Origin: Escherichia coli
GTDB lineage: Bacteria; Pseudomonadota; Gammaproteobacteria; Enterobacterales; Enterobacteriaceae
Assembly (NCBI RefSeq): GCF_044647545.1
Contig: NZ_CP172818.1
Length of the DNA: 64,000 nt
Strand: one strand, 5' to 3'
This document shows positions 1 to 11,077 of this stretch, piece after piece. The notes beneath the pieces were generated by a model, which made no database searches, was not told where the DNA came from, and worked only from the letters and a program-made list of their open reading frames with translations. A program made the translations under genes and the position numbers. Within the stretch, counting starts at the first letter, position 1, and every line of letters starts with the position of its first letter.

Positions 1-1320
1 GGATGCCAGAATGCGCGAACATCGATAGTACGATAGTCGCCTTTATCTTCCAGGGTAAAACACAGTCGTCCCAGCCCCGGCGCTTTCATGCCAAATAACA
101 GCGTAAGTTGTTTTTCCGGTTCAACGACAATCACTTTCCAGCTATCCACCGCATCGCCGGTCTGCAAATATTCACGCTCCGGGCGGCCTTTCGCCAGCTT
201 ATGACCGATCGCGCGGTCCATCAACGCCCGGGTTTGCCACAAAATGTTGCCAAAGAAATAACGCTCTTTACCGCCGATTTGATTCACCACCTGCCATAAA
301 GCCGCAAGACTGGCGGACGTTTTAACGGTAAACCCCGCCTGTTTGGCGAAATAACCGTACTCCGGTCGCCAGCGGGCAAAGGCCTGAGCGTCGTAGCCCC
401 AGTCGCTGGAGTTGACCAGCTTTTCTTCTTCTTTCAGGGTGCGACGTACCGCGTCATCGAAAGCAATCAGCCGTTGTGGGATGAGTGCACGTAACGCGGT
501 GTCATCTGCCAGCAGATCGTGTTTCAGCCCCTGAATCAACGCTTTGGCGGTGGTGGGCGGTACGGAAGTAATCACATTGAGAAACCACACCGAAATCCAG
601 CGGGTCGGAAAGGGGATGGGGATCAACCAGCGGCGCTTACCGCTCACCGCCATAAAATGTTCAAACTGTTGCTGATAACTGAGCACTTCTGGTCCGGCGG
701 CTTCGAAGATGCGATGTTCGCTGGCCGGATGATCTAACAGCGCCACCAGATAGTGCAGCAAGTTTTCCAGCGCGATGGGCGTGGTGCGTGAACGAACCCA
801 GCGTGGCGGCGTTAACACTGGCAGGTTGTAGACCATATCGCGCATGACTTCGAACGCCGCTGAACCTGCACCAACGATTATTCCGGCACGCAATTCGGTC
901 ACCGGGACACCCGCTTCACGAAGAATATCCGCCGTAGCCTGACGGGCGCGCAGATGGTCAGACTGCTCATGTGCCGGGGCCTGCAACGAACTGAGAAAGA
1001 TTAATTGCTTAACTGGGACTTCACGTAGCGCATCGCGGACGTTGAGAGCCACCTGGCGCTCCTGAGCGATAAAATCGCCGCCTTCGCCCATGCTGTGCAC
1101 CAGAAAATAGACCGTATCGATATCCTGCAACAGGGCCGGAAGGTTATCCGGCCAGCTGAGATCGACTTTATGGCAACTGACGTTTGCCAGTTGCAGCTTT
1201 GCAAGCCTGTCGACATGACGTGCCGCCGCCAGGATCTGATGCCCTTGCTGGCTGAGTGTGTGCACCAGATGCTGACCAATATAGCCACTGGCACCGAGAA
1301 CTAAAATGCGTTGCGGCACG
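1..1320 (-). CDS. ybjT: NAD(P)-dependent epimerase/dehydratase-family protein YbjT, 5' portion (3' end lies beyond window start)
   Basis: Stop-free minus-strand frame from window edge to GTG at 1320-1318, preceded by GGAGG; N-terminus [16 protein letters not shown] is a Rossmann GxxGxxG motif; not in ORF track because of GTG start. Confidence 0.8.
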
Positions 1321-1329
1321 TCTCCCTCC

Positions 1330-2331
1330 TTAACGCGCCAGGAATGCGCGCCAGTGGGCGGCGACTTCCGCCAGCTGAGCGCGCGAGACGTCAAGATGCG
1401 TCACCAGGCGGACAATCGGCGAGGCGTTAATCAGCACGTTTCTCGCTTTCATGTATTCGCCTAACGCGGCAGCATTTTCTTCCCCGACGCGAACAAACAG
1501 CATATTGGTGTCCTGACGCATCACATCCGCGCCTGCTTCACGCAGCTGCTCCGCCATCCAGGCAGCGTTGTCGTGGTCTTCCTGCAAGCGCGCAACGTTA
1601 TTTTTCAGGGCATATATTCCGGCGGCAGCCAGAATGCCGGACTGGCGCATCCCACCGCCGGTCATTTTCCGCCAGCGAATGGCACGTTTAATGTAATCAC
1701 GATTACCGACGAGTAATGAACCGACTGGCGTCCCAAGACCTTTCGACAGGCAAATGGTGAACGAATCACAATATTGTGTGATCTCTTTCAGTTCGCAGCC
1801 GTAAGCCACCACAGCATTAAAGATGCGCGCACCGTCCACATGCAGCGCCAGATTGCGCTCGCGGGTAAATTCCCATGCTTCTTTGAGGTATTCACGCGGC
1901 AGCACTTTGCCGTTGTGAGTGTTTTCCAGACTGAGTAATTTGGTGCGGGCGAAATGGATATCGTCGGGTTTGATTTTCATCGCCACTTTATCCAGCGGTA
2001 GCGTGCCGTCGGCAGCCGCGTCGATGGGTTGCGGTTGAATACTGCCCAGCACCGCCGCGCCACCGGCTTCAAACAGATAGTTATGCGCGGCCTGACCGAC
2101 AATATACTCTTCGCCGCGTTCACAGTGACTGAGCAGAGCGACCAGGTTGGCCTGAGTGCCGGTAGGCAGAAAAATGGCGGCTTCTTTACCGGAAAGCTCT
2201 GCTGCATAGTCCTGCAGAGCATTAACGGTAGGGTCGTCTCCGTAAACGTCGTCCCCAACCGGGGCGGCCATCATCGCTTCGAGCATGGCGCGGCTCGGTC
2301 GGGTAACGGTATCACTGCGTAAATCAATCAT
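1330..2331 (-). CDS. ltaE: low-specificity L-threonine aldolase (PLP-dependent)
   Basis: 333-aa ORF; N-terminus [12 protein letters not shown] and overall sequence recognised as threonine aldolase family. Confidence 0.92.
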   Translation of the reverse strand: MIDLRSDTVTRPSRAMLEAMMAAPVGDDVYGDDPTVNALQDYAAELSGKEAAIFLPTGTQANLVALLSHCERGEEYIVGQAAHNYLFEAGGAAVLGSIQPQPIDAAADGTLPLDKVAMKIKPDDIHFARTKLLSLENTHNGKVLPREYLKEAWEFTRERNLALHVDGARIFNAVVAYGCELKEITQYCDSFTICLSKGLGTPVGSLLVGNRDYIKRAIRWRKMTGGGMRQSGILAAAGIYALKNNVARLQEDHDNAAWMAEQLREAGADVMRQDTNMLFVRVGEENAAALGEYMKARNVLINASPIVRLVTHLDVSRAQLAEVAAHWRAFLAR

Positions 2332-2367
2332 GGCATGTCCTTATTATGACGGGAAATGCCACCCTTT

Positions 2368-4086
2368 TTACCTTAGCCAGTTCGTTTTCGCCAGTTCGAT
2401 CACTTCATCACCGCGTCCGCTGATGATTGCGCGCAACATATACAAGCTAAATCCTTTGGCCTGTTCAAGTTTGATCTGCGGTGGAATGGCTAACTCTTCT
2501 TTGGCTACTACCACATCCACCAACACCGGACCGTCGATGGAAAAGGCGCGTTGCAGGGCTTCATCGACTTCAGAGGCTTTTTCCACGCGAATACCCGTAA
2601 TTCCGCACGCTTCGGCAATGCGGGCAAAGTTGGTGTCGTGCAGCTCAGTACCGTCTGTCAGGTAGCCTCCGGCTTTCATCTCCATCGCCACAAAGCCCAG
2701 CACGCTGTTATTAAAGACGATAATTTTCACTGGCAATTTCATCTGCATTACTGAGAGGAAATCGCCCATCAACATACTGAAACCGCCATCGCCGCACATG
2801 GCGACCACCTGACGTTCCGGCTCGGTTGCCTGCGCACCCAGCGCCTGCGGCATGGCGTTAGCCATCGAACCGTGGTTAAACGAACCTAACAGACGACGCT
2901 TGCCGTTCATTTTCAGATAACGCGCTGCCCATACTGTCGGCGTACCAACGTCACAGGTGAAAATAGCGTCATCGGCGGCAAAATGACTAATTTGCTGCGC
3001 CAGATATTGCGGGTGAATGGCTTTCTCGCTCGGTTTAGCTAAATCGTCCAGCCCTTTGCGGGCATCGCGGTAATCTTCCAGCGCTTTATCCAGAAACTTG
3101 CGATCGGTTTTTTCTTCCACCAATGGCAGCAATGCACGCAGAGTCGACTTGATATCGCCGACCAGTGCCATATCTACCTTGCTGTGCGCACCAATGCTAG
3201 CTGGATTAATATCAATCTGAATAATTTTTGCATCGGTCGGGTAGAAAGCACGGTAGGGAAATTGCGTGCCGAGCAGCACTAACGTGTCGGCGTTCATCAT
3301 GGTATGGAAACCTGACGAGAAGCCGATTAATCCCGTCATTCCGACATCATACGGATTATCGTATTCGACATGTTCTTTACCGCGCAGGGCATGAACAATA
3401 GGCGCTTTAATTTTCCCGGCAAACTCAACTAACTCTTTATGCGCCCCCGCGCAGCCGCTGCCACACATCAGGGCGATATTGCTGGAATAACGCAGCAGTT
3501 GCGCCAGTTTGCGTAACTCTTCTTCTTCCGGCGTCACGACTGGTTGTGGCGCATGATACCAGTGCGTGGTTGCCCCTTCTGGCGCAGGTTTTAACGCCAC
3601 GTCGCCCGGTAACACGACAACGGAAACGCCACGGTTTAGCACCGCTTTGCGCATGGCAATCGCCAGCACTTGTGGGATTTGCTCCGGGCTGGAAACCAGC
3701 TCGCAATAGTGACTACATTCGCGGAATAACTCTTGTGGGTGGGTTTCCTGGAAATAGCCGCTGCCAATTTCGCTGGAGGGAATATGAGCGGCAATCGCCA
3801 GTACCGGAACGTGATTGCGGTGGCAATCGAACAGGCCGTTGATTAAGTGCAGGTTACCGGGACCGCACGATCCGGCACAGACCGCCAGTTCTCCGCTAAG
3901 TTGTGCTTCAGCGCCAGCGGCAAACGCCGCCACTTCTTCATGCCGGGTGGACATCCACTCGATGGTGCCCATGCGATTAAGACTGTCACTAAGACCGTTC
4001 AGAGAGTCGCCCGTGACTCCCCAGATGCGTTTCACTCCTGCCGATTCGAGTGTTTTGGCGATATAAGCTGCAACCGTTTGTTTCAT
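2368..4086 (-). CDS. poxB: pyruvate oxidase (ubiquinone), thiamine-diphosphate/FAD enzyme
   Basis: 572-aa ORF; TPP-enzyme architecture with GDGG motif ([10 protein letters not shown]); recognised sequence. Confidence 0.95.
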   Translation of the reverse strand: MKQTVAAYIAKTLESAGVKRIWGVTGDSLNGLSDSLNRMGTIEWMSTRHEEVAAFAAGAEAQLSGELAVCAGSCGPGNLHLINGLFDCHRNHVPVLAIAAHIPSSEIGSGYFQETHPQELFRECSHYCELVSSPEQIPQVLAIAMRKAVLNRGVSVVVLPGDVALKPAPEGATTHWYHAPQPVVTPEEEELRKLAQLLRYSSNIALMCGSGCAGAHKELVEFAGKIKAPIVHALRGKEHVEYDNPYDVGMTGLIGFSSGFHTMMNADTLVLLGTQFPYRAFYPTDAKIIQIDINPASIGAHSKVDMALVGDIKSTLRALLPLVEEKTDRKFLDKALEDYRDARKGLDDLAKPSEKAIHPQYLAQQISHFAADDAIFTCDVGTPTVWAARYLKMNGKRRLLGSFNHGSMANAMPQALGAQATEPERQVVAMCGDGGFSMLMGDFLSVMQMKLPVKIIVFNNSVLGFVAMEMKAGGYLTDGTELHDTNFARIAEACGITGIRVEKASEVDEALQRAFSIDGPVLVDVVVAKEELAIPPQIKLEQAKGFSLYMLRAIISGRGDEVIELAKTNWLR

Positions 4087-4218
4087 GGTTCTCCATCTCC
4101 TGAATGTGATAACGGTAACAAGTTTAGTTCATCTGACGGAGGGGGAAGGGATGGGAGAAAAAGGAGGCACTAACGGTTAAATAGCCCGATGAAAGGAATA
4201 TCATCGGGCATAAGGCGA

Positions 4219-5187
4219 TTATGCGAGAACCAAATCCCCCTGCGGATGGCAGGAGCAGGCCAGTACGTAACCTTCAGCGATTTCGGCGTCGGTCAGCGTC
4301 ATTGTGCTGCTCACCGTATATTCACCGGAAACCACTTTCGTCTTACAGCAGCCGCAAACACCTGCGCGGCAGGCGGCGACAACCGGAACGTTATTGCTTT
4401 CCAGCGCCTCCAGTAGCGTGGTGCCAACCGGGGCGTAAAATTCTCGTGCCGGTTGCAGTTTGGTGAATTTCAGACCGCTGGTCGCCGCTTCCGCTACTGG
4501 GGTGAAGAATTTCTCTTTAAAGAAACGCGTCACGCCGAGCGCTTTCACTTCCTGCTCTACCCAATCCATATATGGAGCAGGGCCACAGGTCATCACGGTA
4601 CGTGAGGCTAAATCAGGGACACCTGCCAGCAGTTCGCGAGTGAGACGACCAGCGATAAAGCCTTCGGTAACGTTATTTTCCGCCACCAGCGTTACCGGAT
4701 AGTTACGCCACTCATCGGCGAAAATCACATCCTGCGGCGTACGCACGTTGTAGATCACCTGCACATCGGCCTGTGGACGGTTCTTCGCCAGCCAGCGACG
4801 CATCGACATAATCGGCGTAACGCCGCAGCCTGCCGCCAGCAACAGGAATTTATCTTCTGCTTTATCGTCGCAGGTAAATTCCCCCATCGCGTCCGAAAGC
4901 CAGAGATAATCACCGCGTTTTACATCGCGCGTCAGCCACCGGGAGCCGACACCGTCATCAATCCGCCGCACAGTCAGGGTGATGTATTCACTCACGCCTG
5001 GCGTGGAGGAAATGGTGTAAGCACGCAGCGTTTCCGCTGAGTTACGCACGCTGACCAGTGCATATTGCCCGGCGCGATATGGGTAGTAATCGTGGCAAAT
5101 CAGGGAAATCGTCCACACATCCGGCGTTTCTTGCGTAATGTGATGAACCTGCATCCGCCACGGGCATTGATTCGTTGGCATCGTCAT
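4219..5187 (-). CDS. hcr: NADH oxidoreductase for hybrid-cluster protein (FAD/NAD-binding plus C-terminal 2Fe-2S ferredoxin domain)
   Basis: ORF 4219-5193; start taken at internal Met (MTMPTNQ) for 322 aa; C-terminal Cys cluster CRAGVCGCC...C; 11 bp downstream of hcp. Confidence 0.88.
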   Translation of the reverse strand: MTMPTNQCPWRMQVHHITQETPDVWTISLICHDYYPYRAGQYALVSVRNSAETLRAYTISSTPGVSEYITLTVRRIDDGVGSRWLTRDVKRGDYLWLSDAMGEFTCDDKAEDKFLLLAAGCGVTPIMSMRRWLAKNRPQADVQVIYNVRTPQDVIFADEWRNYPVTLVAENNVTEGFIAGRLTRELLAGVPDLASRTVMTCGPAPYMDWVEQEVKALGVTRFFKEKFFTPVAEAATSGLKFTKLQPAREFYAPVGTTLLEALESNNVPVVAACRAGVCGCCKTKVVSGEYTVSSTMTLTDAEIAEGYVLACSCHPQGDLVLA

Positions 5188-5198
5188 CGACAAACTCC

Positions 5199-6851
5199 TT
5201 ACGCGCTCAACAGTTGCTTCATGTCTTCTTCAACAGTGGTGATAGAACGCAGGCCGAATTTCTCGTTCAGCACCGCCAGCAGGTCTGGTGTCAGGAAACC
5301 AGGTGCAGTCGGGCCGGTGACGATATTTTTCACACCCAGAGAAAGCAGCGTCAGCAGAATGACAATCGCTTTCTGTTCAAACCAGGAGAGCACCAGCGAC
5401 AGCGGCAGATCGTTGACTCCGCAGCCCAGTTTCTCTGCCAGCGTTACCGCCAGAATAATTGCTGAGTAAGCATCGTTACACTGACCAGCATCTACCAGAC
5501 GCGGCAGACCTTCGATATCGCCAAACTCAAGTTTATTAAAGCGATATTTACCGCAAGCGAGGGTCAGGATCAGGCAGTCATCCGGCACGCTGGTGGCGAA
5601 ATCGGTGAAGTAGTGACGCTCGCCGCGTGCGCCGTCACAGCCGCCAAGCAGGAAGATATGACGCAGTTTTTCACGGCTCACCAGATCAATCAGCGTATCG
5701 GCTGCGCCAAGCAGTGTCTGGCGACCAAAGCCCACGGTGATCAGGTGCGGAATTTCGCTGTACGGGAAGCCCGCCATCTGTTGCGCCTGGGCGATGACCG
5801 CAGAGAAATCTTCGCCATCCAGATGACGCACACCCGGCCAGCCAACGATGCTGCGGGTCCAGATACGATCGTCATAAGCGCCTACGGTTGGGTCGATGAT
5901 GCAGTTCGAGGTCATCACGATGGGGCCAGGGAAACGAGCGAACTCCACTTGCTGATTCTGCCAGCCGCTGCCGTAGTTACCGACCAGATGCTTGAATTTA
6001 CGCAGCTCCGGGTAGCCATGCGCAGGCAGCATTTCACCGTGGGTGTAGACATTAACGCCCGTGCCTTCGGTCTGTTCCAGCAGGTTGTAGAGATCTTTGA
6101 GATCGTGACCGGAAATCAGAATGCATTTACCTGCCGTCGCTTTGACGTTGACCTGGGTTGGCGTCGGGTGACCGTATTTACTGGTTTCGCCTGCATCCAG
6201 AATGCTCATCACTTTGAAGTTCATCTGGCCGATTTCCATTGAACACTCAAGAAGCGCGTTCATATCGGCAGGCCAGGTCCCCAGCCACGCCATGATTTTA
6301 TGGTACTGGGCATAAATATCGTTGTCGTATTGACCGAGAACATGCGCGTGTTCCATATAGGCCGCCGCACCTTTCAGGCCATACAGGCACAGCAGACGCA
6401 GGCCGAGAATGTTTTCGCCAATCGCCGCTTTATCTTTGTTAGGGGTAAATTCTGCTGCCTGACGTTGCAGCTCGCCGAGATCGTCGCTCACCAGTTGCAG
6501 GTCAGCCATCGGGTTATCGACGTGCGCGTTGGCATCTACAGCCAGGCATTGTGCTTTCAGCGCCTCGCGCAGGACAATCGCTTCACGAGCGTAGCCGACA
6601 ATTCGCGGAGAATCGAAGTTAACGTTGGTCAGGGTTGAGAAAAAGGCACGTGGCGCAAAGCTGTCTACATCGTGGTTGATGATGCCGTATTCACGTGCTT
6701 TCACTGCCCAGGCCGAAAGCCCTTGCAGCGTCGCGATGAGTAAATCCTGAAGGTCAGAGGTTTCCGCCGTTTTACCACACATCCCCTGCGCGTATGAGCA
6801 GCCGTTTCCTGCCGGAGTACGGATAGTTTGTTCACATTGCACACAAAACAT
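5199..6851 (-). CDS. hcp: hybrid-cluster protein (hydroxylamine reductase)
   Basis: ORF 5199-6884; start taken at MFCVQCEQT (N-terminal Cys cluster) for 550 aa; recognised sequence. Confidence 0.92.
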   Translation of the reverse strand: MFCVQCEQTIRTPAGNGCSYAQGMCGKTAETSDLQDLLIATLQGLSAWAVKAREYGIINHDVDSFAPRAFFSTLTNVNFDSPRIVGYAREAIVLREALKAQCLAVDANAHVDNPMADLQLVSDDLGELQRQAAEFTPNKDKAAIGENILGLRLLCLYGLKGAAAYMEHAHVLGQYDNDIYAQYHKIMAWLGTWPADMNALLECSMEIGQMNFKVMSILDAGETSKYGHPTPTQVNVKATAGKCILISGHDLKDLYNLLEQTEGTGVNVYTHGEMLPAHGYPELRKFKHLVGNYGSGWQNQQVEFARFPGPIVMTSNCIIDPTVGAYDDRIWTRSIVGWPGVRHLDGEDFSAVIAQAQQMAGFPYSEIPHLITVGFGRQTLLGAADTLIDLVSREKLRHIFLLGGCDGARGERHYFTDFATSVPDDCLILTLACGKYRFNKLEFGDIEGLPRLVDAGQCNDAYSAIILAVTLAEKLGCGVNDLPLSLVLSWFEQKAIVILLTLLSLGVKNIVTGPTAPGFLTPDLLAVLNEKFGLRSITTVEEDMKQLLSA

Positions 6852-6993
6852 GATCACACCTTTAAAGTTATATTTAATATGCATGTTTAAGGTTAAGACG
6901 CTTAACGCGGGGATAAAAGGGATTTTTCATGCAACTTTAAGGGAGATTGATTTAGCGCAATTTTGGCGGCAGGGATCTACCGCCAGAGAGGTA

Positions 6994-7893
6994 TTATGCA
7001 GAGAAAAAGGCGATGAGAATCGGCACTAACAGACTAAGAATAAAACCGTGAACAATCGCCGCCGGGACCATATCCAGCCCGCCAGTACGTTGAAGAACGG
7101 GCAGGGTGAAATCCATCGATGTGGCACCGCATAAGCCCAGTGCAGTAGAGCGGCTGCGGCGAATCAGCCCAGGGATCAACATAATAGCAATCAGCTCACG
7201 GGCCAGATCATTAAAAAACGCCGCGCTCCCGATTACCGGACCAAAAGATTCGGTCAATAAAATACCGGAAAGAGAATACCAGCCGAAACCGGAGGCCATT
7301 GCCAGCGCGGTATTGATGGGAAGATCAAGAATAAAGGCGTTAATTAAACCACCAATTAATGAACTGGCAACCACCACCACGGCGACAATCATTCCCCGGC
7401 GATTAAGGACAATCTGCTTTAAGGTCATGCCATTATTGCGCAACTGAATACCGACGAGGAAAAGTAGCAGAATTAAGGTGTATTCACTGGCTTCGGTCGC
7501 GTGTTGTAAGAAAGCCAGTCCACTCAGGCCAATGGCAAAACCAATCACTACTACGCCGCACAGTTTTAGCGACTCCAGCGCCATCGCAATACGCGATGGG
7601 AGTTTTTCTTGCTGGTGGTAGTTGCGCCACGGCAGACCGCGCTCCAGCCACATCAGGGCGGCAATATTACACAGTAAAATAACGGTAATACTGACAGCAG
7701 AATAATGCAGAATCGCCAACAGGTTACTGGCGAGGTTATCGAGAAACGCCAGACTGATACCCATAAAAAAGAGAATGAGGTAAACCATCCAACTTAATAG
7801 CTGATTAATAACTTTTAATGCAGCTTTTTGGCGAAGCGGAATGAGGTAACCCAAAATCAGGGGAACCAGAATGATTAACAGCCCAGAAAACAT
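6994..7893 (-). CDS. lysO: inner-membrane lysine exporter LysO/YbjE
   Basis: ORF 6994-7941, highly hydrophobic; start placed at MFSGLLIILVPL (299 aa) from recalled length, upstream in-frame Met possible. Confidence 0.8.
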   Translation of the reverse strand: MFSGLLIILVPLILGYLIPLRQKAALKVINQLLSWMVYLILFFMGISLAFLDNLASNLLAILHYSAVSITVILLCNIAALMWLERGLPWRNYHQQEKLPSRIAMALESLKLCGVVVIGFAIGLSGLAFLQHATEASEYTLILLLFLVGIQLRNNGMTLKQIVLNRRGMIVAVVVVASSLIGGLINAFILDLPINTALAMASGFGWYSLSGILLTESFGPVIGSAAFFNDLARELIAIMLIPGLIRRSRSTALGLCGATSMDFTLPVLQRTGGLDMVPAAIVHGFILSLLVPILIAFFSA

Positions 7894-8297
7894 GAAAACC
7901 CAGTCCTTGCAAAGATGAAGTCGAAATGCGCGATGACACACTACTGAAAGCGGAAGGACGAGTAAAGTTGCAATTAAAAGGAAATGTTATGCATCAGGAG
8001 CAGGGGATTTTTATTATGTTGCATTGTTGTGGTCTCTTCCATGTGCATTAAGCCACTGGCGAGGAGCGCAAATCGCCGATCGTTTCCTGTAGGCCGGGGC
8101 AGCCCACATAATGTGGGCTGAGGGCGCGTTTTACAGGGATCAAACTTACCGGTCGCGCGAGAAGTCCAACTTCAGCCCGAGGTTCATGTGGCTTCCTGGC
8201 CTTCGGGAACCGCTTCAGCGTATTGACGCCACCAAGACCCGTGGTTCGGTAACGTCGAAGATAAAACAACCAGGGCAGATAAAGTGCCAATGCTTAA

Positions 8298-8993
8298 TTA
8301 ATTACGTTTTTCCAGTAGAGTCCGGTAAATCAGACCACCGATAATACCGCCGACAATTGGCACCACCCAGAAGAACCACAATTGTTCTAACGCCCAGCCG
8401 CCCTGGAAGATAGCAACCGCGGTGCTGCGCGCCGGGTTAACAGAAGTGTTAGTCACCGGAATACTGATTAAGTGAATCAGGGTTAAGGCCAGACCAATAG
8501 CGATCGGCGCAAAACCTGCCGGAGCGAATTTGTCGGTTGCGCCGTGGATCACCAGCAGGAAACCTGCACTCAATACCAGTTCAACTACCAGCGCGGAAAG
8601 CATGGAATAACCGCCTGGCGAATGCTCGCCATAACCGTTAGAAGCAAAACCGCTGGCTGCCGCGTCAAAACCTGTTTTACCACTGGCAATTAAATACAGC
8701 AGCGCCGCCGCAACAATACCGCCGACAACCTGGGCAATTACGTAGCCAACGACTTCTTTTGCCGGAAAACGTCCGCCAGCCCATAAACCAATAGTGACCG
8801 CCGGGTTAAAATGACCACCAGAAATATGACCAACAGCGAAGGCCATCGTCAGAACGGTCAGACCGAATGCCAGCGCCACGCCGGCAAAACCAATGCCTAA
8901 TTCCGGGAAGCCTGCGGCCAGTACGGCACTACCACAGCCACCAAAAACAAGCCAGAAAGTACCAAAACATTCAGCTGCTAATTTTCTGAACAT
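8298..8993 (-). CDS. aqpZ: aquaporin Z water channel
   Basis: ORF 8298-8999; two NPA motifs ([14 protein letters not shown]); start at MFRKLAAE for 231 aa. Confidence 0.93.
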   Translation of the reverse strand: MFRKLAAECFGTFWLVFGGCGSAVLAAGFPELGIGFAGVALAFGLTVLTMAFAVGHISGGHFNPAVTIGLWAGGRFPAKEVVGYVIAQVVGGIVAAALLYLIASGKTGFDAAASGFASNGYGEHSPGGYSMLSALVVELVLSAGFLLVIHGATDKFAPAGFAPIAIGLALTLIHLISIPVTNTSVNPARSTAVAIFQGGWALEQLWFFWVVPIVGGIIGGLIYRTLLEKRN

Positions 8994-9339
8994 ATCCACC
9001 TCAATTAAAAATTGACCCTGTGAAAAATATGGTCGTTTTATAGGGTCGTCGTAAAAAAGTGACGACGGAAATAATGCGCGGCTATTTTAAAAACGAAGGC
9101 GAGTCATTCACCAGATAAATAAATCCAGTAAATTTGATTTAGGGCAACAGCGGGTTGCCCCATATAGTCATTTGTCTGATTGACAGTGTAGTGCAAGCAA
9201 AAGATTTAATCCTTTAGGCGTAATAAAAAATAATTTATCATGCTAATTATTTGATTTTGTTGTTTTTGCAGGCTTATCAGCAAGAGGGAGTATAACGCGA
9301 TTATTCGCTCATTTTTCAGACATTTGCCATGCTTAAATG

Positions 9340-9352
9340 TGATGTCATCACG
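9340..9352. promoter_or_regulatory. 13-bp palindrome GTGATG-T-CATCAC about 70 bp upstream of ybjD start; candidate operator
   Basis: Perfect 6-bp inverted arms around a central T, read directly from sequence; function not established. Confidence 0.3.
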
Positions 9353-9418
9353 TATTAGCAAGGCCTTTCCCGTTATACTGCCAGCGTAAAGGATAAGTCA
9401 CATATTTCTGGAGGGGAT

Positions 9419-11077
9419 ATGATTCTTGAGCGCGTTGAAATTGTGGGTTTTCGCGGTATCAACCGTTTGTCGTTGATGCTGGAACAAAACAACGTCCTGA
9501 TTGGGGAGAACGCGTGGGGTAAATCCAGCTTGCTGGACGCCTTAACCCTGCTGCTATCGCCAGAATCAGATCTCTACCATTTTGAGCGCGACGATTTCTG
9601 GTTCCCGCCGGGAGATATCAACGGGCGAGAACATCATCTGCATATTATTTTGACCTTCCGCGAATCGCTGCCAGGCCGACATCGGGTTCGCCGCTATCGA
9701 CCGCTGGAAGCGTGCTGGACGCCATGCACCGATGGCTATCACCGTATTTTTTATCGTCTGGAAGGGGAGAGTGCGGAAGACGGCAGCGTGATGACACTCC
9801 GCAGTTTTCTCGATAAAGACGGACATCCGATTGATGTCGAGGATATTAACGATCAGGCACGCCATCTGGTGCGTTTAATGCCGGTGCTGCGCTTGCGTGA
9901 TGCCCGTTTTATGCGCCGTATTCGTAACGGCACGGTGCCAAATGTCCCTAATGTGGAAGTCACCGCGCGCCAGCTCGATTTCCTCGCCCGTGAGTTATCC
10001 TCACATCCGCAAAATCTCTCTGATGGGCAGATTCGTCAGGGACTTTCCGCAATGGTACAGCTGCTTGAGCATTATTTCTCTGAGCAGGGGGCCGGACAGG
10101 CGCGATATCGTTTAATGCGGCGGCGAGCCAGCAATGAGCAACGAAGTTGGCGCTATCTGGATATCATCAACCGGATGATTGACCGACCTGGAGGGCGCTC
10201 GTATCGGGTTATTTTGCTCGGCCTGTTTGCTACTTTGTTGCAGGCAAAAGGCACATTGCGACTGGATAAAGACGCCCGTCCATTGTTGCTGATCGAAGAT
10301 CCAGAAACCCGTTTACACCCCATTATGCTTTCAGTTGCCTGGCATCTGTTGAATCTTCTGCCATTGCAGCGCATTGCCACCACCAACTCTGGCGAGCTGC
10401 TTTCGTTAACGCCGGTAGAGCATGTTTGCCGACTGGTACGTGAGTCCTCGCGCGTTGCCGCCTGGCGTCTGGGGCCGAGTGGTTTGAGTACCGAAGATAG
10501 CCGACGCATATCCTTTCACATTCGTTTTAACCGTCCGTCATCGCTGTTTGCACGCTGCTGGCTGCTGGTGGAAGGGGAAACGGAAACCTGGGTTATCAAT
10601 GAACTGGCGCGTCAGTGCGGACATCATTTTGATGCTGAAGGGATCAAGGTCATTGAGTTTGCCCAGTCCGGGCTAAAGCCACTGGTTAAATTTGCCCGGC
10701 GAATGGGGATTGAATGGCATGTACTGGTCGATGGCGATGAAGCAGGGAAGAAATATGCCGCTACGGTACGCAGCCTGTTGAATAACGATCGGGAAGCCGA
10801 ACGAGAACATTTAACGGCGTTACCGGCGCTGGATATGGAACATTTTATGTATCGCCAGGGATTTTCCGATGTGTTCCACCGCGTGGCGCAAATCCCGGAA
10901 AATGTACCGATGAATCTGCGCAAAATTATCTCGAAAGCGATCCATCGCTCTTCCAAACCCGATCTTGCCATTGAAGTGGCAATGGAGGCCGGACGTCGTG
11001 GTGTGGACTCCGTACCGACGCTGCTGAAAAAAATGTTCTCACGCGTGCTGTGGCTGGCGCGCGGTCGCGCGGATTAA
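9419..11077 (+). CDS. ybjD: OLD-family ATP-dependent endonuclease-like protein (N-terminal ABC/AAA ATPase, C-terminal Toprim-like region)
   Basis: 552-aa ORF; Walker A GENAWGKSS near N-terminus; acidic Toprim-like motifs LLVEGETE and LVDGDEAGK in C-terminal third. Confidence 0.85.
   Translation: MILERVEIVGFRGINRLSLMLEQNNVLIGENAWGKSSLLDALTLLLSPESDLYHFERDDFWFPPGDINGREHHLHIILTFRESLPGRHRVRRYRPLEACWTPCTDGYHRIFYRLEGESAEDGSVMTLRSFLDKDGHPIDVEDINDQARHLVRLMPVLRLRDARFMRRIRNGTVPNVPNVEVTARQLDFLARELSSHPQNLSDGQIRQGLSAMVQLLEHYFSEQGAGQARYRLMRRRASNEQRSWRYLDIINRMIDRPGGRSYRVILLGLFATLLQAKGTLRLDKDARPLLLIEDPETRLHPIMLSVAWHLLNLLPLQRIATTNSGELLSLTPVEHVCRLVRESSRVAAWRLGPSGLSTEDSRRISFHIRFNRPSSLFARCWLLVEGETETWVINELARQCGHHFDAEGIKVIEFAQSGLKPLVKFARRMGIEWHVLVDGDEAGKKYAATVRSLLNNDREAEREHLTALPALDMEHFMYRQGFSDVFHRVAQIPENVPMNLRKIISKAIHRSSKPDLAIEVAMEAGRRGVDSVPTLLKKMFSRVLWLARGRAD

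Noticed and set aside
1001-1304. 97-codon minus and 69-codon plus ORFs near the ybjT 5' end
   Set aside because: Both lie inside the longer GTG-initiated ybjT reading frame or its opposite strand; the ybjT frame with Rossmann motif explains the region.
5613-6242. 209-codon ORF antisense to hcp
   Set aside because: Codon-aligned with hcp; no RBS; better explained as antisense shadow of the hybrid-cluster protein gene.
8048-8344. Overlapping 80-codon (minus) and 77-codon (plus) ORFs in the ybjE-aqpZ intergenic region
   Set aside because: GC-rich palindromic DNA yields Arg/Pro/Gly-rich translations on both strands; no RBS; region is better described as a structured noncoding element (see findings).
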